Shown here: piece by piece, positions 1 through 9,699 of the stretch
Layout of the letters: every line of letters starts with the position of its first letter
Position numbering within the stretch: the stretch's first letter is position 1
Source: Fonticula alba ATCC 38817
Taxonomy: Eukaryota > Protista > Nucleariida
Reading direction: 5' to 3' (one strand)
Length of the DNA: 31,766 nucleotides
NCBI GenBank assembly: GCA_000388065.2
Contig: KB932201.1
Translations under genes and position numbers: made by a program
The notes under the pieces: generated by a model
The model's database searches: none
What the model was told of the DNA's origin: nothing
Seen by the model: only the letters and a program-made list of their open reading frames with translations

Positions 1-1409
1 CCGGCGCCCCCTCGCACTTTTTCCCGCCCCTGCGTCGCGCCCTGGCCGACCCCGGCTCCCGGGGGCTTTCCGGGAGGGTCCGGCGGGCGAGTAACGTCGG
101 GCTTCGGTGTCAGTTATATTTTTAAAAGATCCTTTTCCGGGAGTTCCTCACTGCTTGGGCGCGCCACCCGGACCGTGTGCCGAGGGCCCGGTTCGTGTGG
201 CCCCCGCCGGCGCCCCCCGCGGGGGGAAGCGAGATGGCGGCCAACCGGACGGCGGCAGCTGGCCCCCCCGCCCGGCGCAACTCCCGGGGTAGGTGTACAC
301 CCGGTGGCGCCAGTGGCCTCCTGGGCACGCGTGAGCCTGCCGCATGTGTGTATGTGGGTATATGAATATGCGTGTGTGTGTGTGTGTCTGTCTGTGTGTC
401 TGTCCGTGTGTCTGTCCGTGTGTGGTATCCCCCCTCCTGGAAGAGAGGATTGGCTGCCCGGTTGTCCGGAGTCGTGGGCCGGGATTCCTGATCCCCTTCC
501 CTGTCGCTCGCGTGAGCGGGAAGCCCCTCGCCTTGGGTCCTGGGGGGATGATGGACCCCTCCGCCCTTCACCCCCCCCCCCCGGTTGGCCTCTTCCTCGC
601 CGCCTGGTTCGGCGGAGGGGTGTGTGTGTGTGTGTGTGTCTGTGTGGGAGCTGGGCCCTTCCTTGCCCCTGGCCGTGCGCGTGTGTGACTTTTACGCCGA
701 CGCGTCCCGGCCGCGGCGGCCTTCCGCGAGTTCGACGCCTGGGCCCGGCGCGCCCTCGGCCGGGTCCCGGCGACGGAGGCGGCAGCGCCCCAGGCCAGCC
801 AGATCATCACGCCAAACTAGTCACCGCGGTCGGTGCGCGCGATGAACCCAACCCCCTTTGGGGGCATGCTGGGAGCCCTCACCCCCTTGGTCATCTTTCG
901 CCGGTCCTCCCCTTCCTCCAGCCGGCTCCTTGGAAAAGGGGGCCCGGGGGCAAGGGCGGCACAGTGGGGCCGCCTGCGTTGCCAGGTCGATCGCGCTTCC
1001 TTGTCGGTGGTGTTCCCCACTCTCGGGAATCCCCACCACAACATGGCGAGCTCTTGGTTGTTGTGGCCTTCTTTTCCCCCCCCCCCCCCAGCTCAAAACC
1101 CCCCCCAGAGGATCCCCGCCGGCTTCCGGCCTCGGGGCACCCCTCTTCACTCTCCCCTTTCCCTTTCCTCCTCTCTCCCTCCCCTCCCCCCTCCCTGTCC
1201 CACTCCCCCCCCTCGTCCTCTTGTGCTTGTCAGCCCACTCGGCCGTCAGCTGCGCGAGAGAGAGAGAGACACGCCTCCCTCCTCCCATATCTCCCCCGAC
1301 ACTTGCACACACACACACACATACACCCCTCCCCATAACCGTTGCCCTTCCGGCTCCTTTCGTCTTTCCCTATCTCCAACCCCCTCCTCCCCTCCCTCCC
1401 TGACGATCG

Positions 1410-1873
1410 ATGTCTGGCCCGCCCGACGCCGGCACCCCCGGCGCTGCTGCAGGGGCCCGGCCGGTCCCCCTGGCCGGAGCCTTCCTCTCAACAGCGCCCG
1501 GGGCCACCCCCTCTCCGGCGCCCAGCAGCGACCGTCCCCGCCCGGCGGCAGCCGGCCTGTCCACGCCAATGACCTCCCCCCAGCGGCGTCTGTCGGCTGG
1601 GCTGGCAGCGGCGGCCACGGCAGCGGCCACCGGTCTCCCGGTGCCCTCCAGCGAGCTGCTCGGCGACTCGCCTCCCTCCTCCTTTGGACTGGTGCATCCG
1701 GACTCCAGCGACATGGACACCTCCATGGATGAGCGTTTGGCGGCCGTCGAGCGGAGCATGTATGAGCAGCGCTCCTCGCAAAAGACGCGGCTCTCCTTCA
1801 GTCCGTCCCTCTGGCCCGGGGGCGCGGGCCAGCACTTGAGTTCCAGCTCCGACCTGGCCGCGCGATCCCCCCT

Positions 1874-1905
<32 letters not shown>

Positions 1906-4900
1906 CACCATCGCGCCCACAATCGCACGCGCACTCGCAGCATCACCATCCCCAGCCCCGCCCCCACCACCAGCCACCGCACCAGATGCCGGGGTCGATG
2001 CACTCGGAGGCTGGCCATTCGTCCTCCTCGCCGAGGCTGACCGGGCCAATGTCCCCCGGTGGCCCGATGTCGCCGATGGGCGCGGCCGTGCTGCACACCG
2101 CGACCGAGGGCCTCCGGCAGCCGGACGACGCGGCGGTGGGTCCCTTCGGCACACCGGCGACGGTGGCCGCGGCCACCATGGCCTCCTCTCCGACGCCGCG
2201 TTTCAGCAGTGCCTGCCACTCGCAGCACCGAGGCGGAGCCCGAGGCACGGCCTCCAGCGCGGCCATCCCCCTGGGCGGGGCTTTTCAATCGTCCCCCTTC
2301 TCCTCGCCGAGTGGGTCTCCGGCGGCCGGTGCGGGCCGCTGGCCGGCCAACTTGCCGGCTGTCACCATGACCGGGTGGGATGATGAGGATGACCAGGACA
2401 ACATCAGTCCATCGGTGATGGCTTTGTCGCCGTTGCGCTTGCGAGATGGCCCGGGGCCTGCCTCGAAATCGGGCCCCGGCACTGACACCAGCTTCGGCCC
2501 GGATGACACGCCTCCCCGGCGCGATGGGTTGGACTTGTCGCCGGTAGACCGGGGTCTTCCGCTGACCGGGCCCCGGGGCCTGGCCCCCGGGGCCACGTCG
2601 GACCTCATGTGCCCCTTCGAGCGCGAGCACACCGGCGACATAGACATCCCCCTGGAGCGGCTCCCGACGCCGGGCCAGCTGGAGAGCATGGCCCTTCACC
2701 CGGGCCCGGAGCCGGCGGTGGATGCCACTCCCGGTCCACTGACAGCCGGCCTCATGACAGCACTGGCCGACGCCGACGACACGCCCCTGCTATCCCGGAC
2801 GGGGGGGAATACTGTCCGGCGTGCCGGTCCCTCGGCGGGCGATCCCTCGCTGATGCTCTTCCCCGGCCGAGGGGATCCCGGGCTCTTTGGCACCGAGAAC
2901 CGGCCGATGATGCTGGCCGACGCGCCGGAGGACATGTCTGGTGCGTTGTGGGATTACTTGACGACCTTTCCCCCTTCAACTGGTGAGATTGGCTTGTGTG
3001 CATGTATGTGGGCCTGTTTTGCTGACCTTTTGTGAGGGCCTTGCGATGCGATGCGATGCGATGCGATGCGATGCAGAGGCCGATCAGCGTGCCTTGTGCC
3101 TGGCCCCGAGTGGCGTGTTGTCCTTCGACTCGACGAATGGTGCCCCATCGGCGGCCCTGATGCCCATGGGGTCCGAGGATCACGGTCAGGGGGGGCCATC
3201 CCCCCTGCCCGGACTGCTGAGTGGCCCTGGGCGTGGGTTTGTGGCTCCCTTCCCGCCTTCTTCCGGTTCGGGGGGGCTTTTCAGCGACACCCCGCCGACC
3301 GGGGGCCCGCGCGGGCCTTCGCACACTGCGCCGACGCCCGGATCGGCCAGCGGTCTCTTCGGGGACACGCGCCCGGTGTCCGGCCCGAAGGCCCCTCGTA
3401 ATGGGGGCTTCCATGGGCCGTCGTACTTCCTCGGGGGCGGGCATGGCCCGGTTGGCGGAGGGGCTTCCGCCAGCCCGCGCTCTGACTCGCGCTTTCGCAC
3501 GGAGTTCGAGGAGCTTGGCCTGCTGGGTACTGGGTCCTTCGGCAGTGTCTTCCTGTGTCGGAATCTCATCGACCGGGTGAAGTATGCCATCAAGGAGCTG
3601 CCGGCCTCCTCGTGTGAGGGCGGGTACGTGTCATTCTGATGCTCGGCCTGGTGTGGCTTCCTTCCTGGGGTTGCTCGTGTTTTTTTTTCCGGCCCAGCCG
3701 CGCACGTTGCCTTGACGCCTCTCACCTCCATTGCTGACCTCCCCCCCCCCCCCTCGTCACAGGAAACTCCCCCGCAAGGAGGTCTATGCCCATGCGCGGC
3801 TTGCGCAATTTGGTGCTCATGAAAATGTTGTCCGATACTTCACCGTGTGGGAGGAGTTCGTGTGGGATGAGCGGCCCGGCCCGCGGCCGTCGGGCTCGGG
3901 CCCGGTGACCGGCGGGACGCCCACCGGACGCAAGAAGATCTACATCCAGATTGAGTATTGCAACGGCGGGTCATTGTCCACCCGGCGCCGGTACGCGGAG
4001 ACCGAACTCCTGGCCATCCTATTTCAAGTGTGCCAGGGCCTGCGGTGGATCCACGACAAGAACATGGCGCACATGGACATCAAGCCGTCGAACCTCTTCA
4101 TGACTCGAACGCCGGGGCTGTCGCCGGCCGAGCAGGAGCGCGTGGTCTACAAGATCGGCGACCTGGGCCATGTGGCCACCATCGACACGTCGGCGGCGGC
4201 GGCCGCACGGAAGCCCACGGCAGCAGCAGCAGCAGCAGCAGCAGCAGCCGCGGCGGCAACGGCCTCGGCGGCGGCGTCGAAGTCCGGCAGCCGGCCGGCC
4301 ACGCCATGTGTGGCCCCCGGGGTGGCGGCCTCTTCGGCGGCGCTTCCGCTCCATGGTTCGGCCTCCTTCCTGCAGGAGGCCGGCTTGCCGGTGGCAGCCA
4401 CGAGGCCGAGCTCCTCGCGGGGGTTCTTCACCGACACACCGATGTCCGGCGAGCCGGAGTTCGCCTCGCCGGCGCCAGTCCGCCCGAGCAGTGGCAGTCC
4501 GATTGAAGCCCGCGCCGATGGTGGCAACTTCGACACCTTCCCCTCGATGTCGCTGGTGTCCATTGGCGATGTGCCACGCCAGCTGCACGAGGAGGACCAT
4601 CTGCTGTCGGGCGTCGGAGCGTCGGGCTTCGGGCGGCCCGGGTCGGCCGGCAGGGGAGGCGGTGCATCCGGGGTGCCGGGCACGCCAGCCCCGGGGGCCG
4701 GTGGTGCCGCCACCGCCACCGGGGCCGGTGCTCGGCGTGTCGAGCGTCACGTCGAAGAGGGCGACTGCCGGTACATGGCGCCGGAATTGCTGGAAGACGA
4801 CTATTCCAGCCTGGATCGCAGTGACATTTTCGCCCTCGGGCTGACGATTTACGAGCTGGCCACCGGGGTGCCATTGCCGAAGAACGGCGAGTACTGGCAG

Positions 4901-5786
4901 CGCCTGCGCCGAGACGCGCCGCTGTCCATCCCCGGCTTCAGCGCGGAGTTCAGCCAATTGATCCAGCTGATGACGCGCCGGCAGCCCAGCGAGCGTCCCT
5001 CGGCGGCGCTTCTGTGCGACTTCTTCCTGCCGACATATCTGGCGGCGACCACGGCCACGGCCACGGCCACGGCCACGGCGGCGAGCGTCGGTGGTGTGCC
5101 AGTCTTGGGAAGTGGCAGCCCGATCCCGGACTGGCGCCTGTCTCCGGGGGCAGGGGCCCCGGGGCTCCTGTTGACGCCTTCCCCGGCGGCCGGCTGGCTG
5201 GCGGCCAATGGGCGAGCTCTTTCGCCGGTGGCGGCGGCCTACTCTCCTTCGGGTGGGGCCGGTGCCGGGGGGGCCTCGCTGGCATCGCCTTTGCTTCCGG
5301 CCGAGAGCCCCGGAACCGGGGCCGGGACCCCGGTGTCGGAGGAAATCATCCTCCTTCGGCGGGAGTTGATGGCCGCGCGGCTGCGCAACATCGAGCTGGT
5401 TCTGGCCGCGTCGAATAGCAGCCCGGCGGCCGGTGGCATGGCTGACGGTGGGTTTGGTCTGACTCCGGACCGGGGGCCGATCAACTTCGGGGGGACACCC
5501 TCTCCCTCGGCGGCGGCCGGCGGCCCGGCCAGCAGCGAGCTGCAGTTGGTTCTGGCGGAGTATGTGATTTCGCTGAGGCACTGGCAATCGACCGGGGGCG
5601 GGACGCCGCCCCCGCCGACGGTGCCGCCCCTGCACCAGCGCCTTGGTGTGCCGGGGGCGGGGGGTCGGCTGTTCTCGCCAAGTTCCAGCAGCAATGGTGG
5701 TACCGGCGGGGATGGCACTCCCACAGCAGCGACCATGGCCACTGGGGCATTGGCGGCCTCGCCGAGTGTCAGTGCGGCTGTCTCCA

Positions 5787-5830
<44 letters not shown>

Positions 5831-6052
5831 ATCGGCATCGGCATCGGCATCGGCAACGGCGGCGGCACTGCCACCACCACCACCACCACCACCACCACCA
5901 CCACCACCACCACCACCAGCAACAGTAACAGCAGCAGCATCAACAACAACAACAACAACAGTGGTAGCGACTCCATGTTCGACGATGAACCAGCTGGTAA
6001 GCGCCTCCGCTTGAACATCTCCCCCGATCAGAAGCAGCCCCTCTTCCGGTAG
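1410..6052 (+). CDS. WEE1: Wee1-family protein kinase, 3 exons (1410-2982, 3077-3623, 3763-6052), about 1469 aa, with a long low-complexity N-terminus and C-terminal tail
   Basis: The spliced product has FEELGLLGTGSFGSVF, YAIK, HENVVRYF, IYIQIEYCNGGSL, HMDIKPSNLF, YKIGDLGHV and the Wee1-diagnostic EEGDCRYMAPELL, followed by DIFALGLT and LPKNGEYWQRLR. Introns 2983-3076 (GTGAGA..CAG) and 3624-3762 (GTACGT..CAG) both contain GCTGAC branch motifs and join in phase; the CDS totals 4410 nt. The start codon is the least certain part (see findings). Confidence 0.92.
3043..3072 (+). repeat. (GCGAT)6 pentanucleotide microsatellite at the 3' end of Wee1 intron 1
   Basis: Six perfect copies read directly, ending just before the GCAG acceptor at 3073-3076. 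Confidence 0.95.
5789..5959 (+). repeat. Coding microsatellite block in the Wee1 tail: (GGC)14, (ATCGGC)4, (ACC)15, (AAC)6, encoding poly-G, (IG)4, poly-T and poly-N
   Basis: Read directly; all repeats are in frame within Wee1 exon 3. Confidence 0.95.
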
Positions 6053-7186
6053 ATCGGGCCGACGTGCATGTGTTCCTCCGTTCCCCCCCTCCCCCCCCCC
6101 CTCGATCTGGCGCGCTTTCGCCAACCGAGAGCAGCACCACCAATCTTGTCCTTGTGAAATGTCCTTGAGTTTCAGCAAATACATCCAATGCTATTTAATG
6201 CGGAAATGCAGTTTCAAGAAGATGCCCCGTGACATGGACGAGCCACGAGATTCACCTGCAGCCGACTGCCACCGCAGGCTTCGTGGGAGAGCCAGGGCCG
6301 ATTCTCATCGACGAGGCATTGAACGTGGGACTGATCGCGGGCGTATTGGCTTCATGGGAGGGTGTCGCGCGCCTTTCCACCGAGAGCGCTCTTTTGGAGA
6401 GGGGGCCCGGTGGGAGGAGCGACGTTCTGTCGTCCGATGATGGATGTGAATGTCCTGGGGCGCGGAGGAGGGTGGGGCTGGGGGGGGGGGGGGGCGCGAA
6501 TCCATGGGCCAGCGGGTTGAGGGGGGTTACGGGCTGGGGCCCGGGGGGCAAGCAGGCCGTGGCCCATGTCCTGTTTGCCCCTTGCCCGCTCTGCGCATCC
6601 GGCTACTCTTGCAGGAATAGCTCAGGAGAGGGGGAGGGGGAACAGCTGAACGGATGGCCTGAGGTCGTCCAGCATGCTGAGGACCTGCCGCCAGGCCGTG
6701 ATGCCTCTTTCGGGCGTCCCTCACTGGGTCCGCTGGTACAGCATCGGCCCCCGGGCAATGTCTAGTCTAGCTCCGGGGTTGCGGTCGTCGTTGCCCCCTC
6801 GCTTTATTCCTCCGGCTTGTCGGATTCCTTGGGGGATGTCTCCTTCCAGGGCAGTGCGGGCGGATGTCAGGATACACTGCCGCATGGAAATCAGCTCACA
6901 CACATAGTCTCGCGCAGGGGGTGGGTCTAGGCGGGCCCGAGGGCCACGGCAGAGCAGGCTCGTCTGGCCCACCCCGCTGCCAGGTGGCCCCCCGCCCGCC
7001 CGGCGGCGGTTGATCGCGCCGGATCGCGCCATCACCCCGGGACAGGAACACCAAGCCCGAGGGGGGGGGGGGGGGTATTTGACCGGCCGGGCTGAGCGGC
7101 TGAGCATGTGCGGATCGCCAACACCTCCCGGAACAAGAGTCCCCCCTTTCGCCCTCCCTCCTTCCTCTCTCCGCCCTTTTGACATC

Positions 7187-8698
7187 ATGGTACCGCTCTT
7201 TTGGCTCCGAACGCGCACCTTCTTCTGTCTCTTTCTCTTTCTCTCTCTCTCTCTCTCTCGCCCTGCCCTGCCTCTTCTCTTCGGCCTAACGCGCCCTTCC
7301 TTGTCCCTTCCCGATTGGTCGGTCCTTGTCCGATAATCCCAAACAGTCGGTCATCACCAAGAAGAATGAGCCCGTCCGCGTCTGTGTTACCGGCGCTGCC
7401 GGTCAGCTGGCCTATTCCCTGCTGCTGAACCTCGCCCGTGGCGTGGTTTTCGGCGAGGACACCGTATGTCCCCCTCCCCCGGTTGCACCGAGGGTTTCCT
7501 CCCGCTGCCTTTCCCTTTTTGTGACTCAACATCTTGGCCCGCTTTTGCCATGCCTCTTTCTCCCCTTCCTTCGTTGTCTGGCTTCCCCCGTCTCACCCAT
7601 AACCTACCCCTGTGATTGCCGCTATCGGGCGAACCATGTGTGCGCGCGCACCTCCAGCCGGTCATCCTTCAGCTCCTCGATATCAACCCCGGCATGGAGT
7701 CCCTCAACGGTGTGTTCGCTGTTCCCCCCTCCCCCCCCCTCTCTCTCTCTCTCTCCTTGTGGGTTCATCTCCCGTTGTTCGATACTGACTCCCACGTGTC
7801 TGGCCTGTCCTTTTCCCTCGCCCCACCGACAGGCGTTCGCATGGAGCTTGAGGACAGCGCCCTGCCCCTGCTGGCTGGCGTGGTCTGCACCTCGGACCCG
7901 GAGGTGGCTTTCACCGGTGCCCAGGCGGCCATCTTCCTGGGTGCCATGCCCCGCCGTCCGGGGATGGAGCGTTCGGACCTGCTGAAGGCCAATGCCAAGA
8001 TCTTCCGCGAGCAGGGCGAGGCCATGAACCGCGTTGCCTCGCCGGACATCAAGTGCGTGGTGGTCGGCAACCCGGCCAACACCAATGCCCTGATCCTGAG
8101 CAAGTATGCCCCGCGCGTGCCCAAGGAGAACATCACGGCTCTCACCCGGCTGGATGCCAACCGCGCTCGCAACCAGATTGCCCTGCGTGCTGGGGTGTCC
8201 GTTGATCGGACCCTGGACGTCCTGATTTGGGGCAACCACTCGGCCACCCAGTACCCGGATGTGTCCCATGCGACGATTGTTTGCGCGGAGACCGGTGCCC
8301 GCCGGCCGGTGTCCGAGGTTATCACCGACACCGAGTGGCTGCATGGCGAGTTCATTGAGACCGTGCAGCAGCGTGGTGCGGCCATCCTGGCCGCGCGTAA
8401 GCTGTCCTCGGCCATGTCTGCCGCCAAGGCCGTGGCCGACCACATGCGTGACTGGTGGATGGGCTCCGAGCGCGAGGGCGAGCTGGTTTCGATGGCCGTC
8501 CCGAGCGACGGGTCTTACGGCATTGCCGAGGGTCTGATTTTCTCCTTCCCCGTCCGTTGCCCGGGTGGCGGCAAGTACGAGATCGTCCAGGGGCTGGAGA
8601 TCTCGGATTTCTCTCGCGGCAAGCTCCAGAAGACTGAGGCCGAGCTGATTTCCGAGCGCGACGAGGCTCTGGCCTGTGTTGCCGCCGACTCGGCTTAA
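7187..8698 (+). CDS. MDH1: Cytosolic-type NAD-dependent malate dehydrogenase, 4 exons (7187-7189, 7347-7463, 7658-7709, 7833-8698), about 345 aa
   Basis: Motifs: [16 protein letters not shown] (Rossmann fold), [28 protein letters not shown] (substrate Arg loop), [64 protein letters not shown]. All junctions are GT-AG and in phase; the CDS totals 1038 nt. The ATG-only first exon is inferred. Confidence 0.96.
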
Positions 8699-9072
8699 GC
8701 TGCGCCGGGCCAAGGCGCCGTGTGCAGGGGCGTATGCGCCCGAATGTGAATGCGTCGACATTGTCCCCCCCCCTCTCTCTCTCTCCCTCTTCGGGTTAGT
8801 CTCTCTTGAACATGTGTTCCTTCTCTTGCTCTTGTTTGGCGGGGGGGGGGCAAGGCCTTCCCTCCTTGTGCTCGGGGCGACGCTGGAGCATGATCATTTC
8901 TTCTTCTCCCTTGCCACACGCTTCGTATGCGCAATACACCCCACTCGAAAAGCCAACATCGATATCCTTTGGACAGGGCCACGCGCATGCGATAAATGTG
9001 CGTGTGTGTGCTTCCATAGGTCTCCCCGCCTGTCTGCATGTATGTATCTGCATCTGTGTGTCTGTCTGTGTA

Positions 9073-9074
<2 letters not shown>

Positions 9075-9114
<40 letters not shown>
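9075..9114 (+). repeat. (TG)20 microsatellite between MDH and DDI1
   Basis: Read directly. Shorter TG/CA and CT/GA tracts occur in most introns and intergenic regions, e.g. about 371-423, 620-638, 7240-7258 and 21448-21483. Confidence 0.95.
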
Positions 9115-9117
<3 letters not shown>

Positions 9118-9699
9118 CTGCCAGCACGAAATCTCAAGCAGAATACGCCCCAAGGAGGGGCAGGCGCGCGCATCAACAGAGCCCCAGGGGGCTGAGGGGC
9201 GCGTGTCTGCCCAAGGAGAGAGTGCCCGGGCGAGGGAGATCGTCTAGGAGCCAGGACGGCGGGAGTCCATCTGCCAACGCATGGCCTCCTGTCACCCTCC
9301 GGCGTCTAGTGGTGTCCGGTTTACCTGCGGACAATCTGGATACGGCATCTCTCCGATCAAGATGAGGTGACATAGCCCCGTCTCCCCCCCCCCCCCCCCC
9401 CCCCCTGGTTTACCTGGCGTTGGGTCCAACCTTCGGGATCGCCTTCGCGCGATGGGGCGTCCTGTCCAGAGGTGTTAAAGGGAACTTGTGTCAGGGGGAG
9501 TGCCGGGCCCCGCTCCCGGGAAAAGGATCATCTCTCTTCTTCGCGCCCCTTCCCCCCCCCCGCCGCTTGTTCCTTTTCGCCTTTCCCCTTGTGCCTGGCC
9601 CTCTTTTTGCGCCCCACGCCCGGTTCACACAGTCGCGTCGCCGATTACAGGTTCCGCCTCCCCCTCTCCCCCTCTCTCTATTTCCCCCTGCCGGTCCCC

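Noticed and set aside
107-1403. Many overlapping ORFs upstream of Wee1 (e.g. 175-1338, 833-1732)
   Set aside because: They translate microsatellites and C-runs (VCVCV, THTH, PPPP) and show no family motifs; consistent with promoter, UTR or intron sequence.
1488-6184. Long antisense ORFs over Wee1 (1488-2699, 4019-6184, 5239-6018)
   Set aside because: Shadow ORFs caused by stop-codon scarcity in high-GC coding DNA and triplet repeats; no motifs.
6159-7218. ORFs in the Wee1-MDH spacer (6229-6765 +, 6252-6551 -, 6721-7218 -)
   Set aside because: No recognisable domain, interrupted by stops and G/C runs, and no coherent splice model. A decayed gene cannot be fully excluded without a homology search.
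8575-8727. Alternative splice (GTACGA donor 8575 to TGCAG acceptor 8727) that would also expose the MDH -ARM PTS1 in frame
   Set aside because: It would delete about 40 conserved C-terminal residues including the terminal helix, probably giving an unfolded enzyme; no nearby strong branch motif.
9305-9417. tRNA A-box-like TCTAGTGGT (9305-9313) and U1-like TTACCTGG (9410-9417)
   Set aside because: No B box or cloverleaf, and no U1 stem-loops or Sm site follow.
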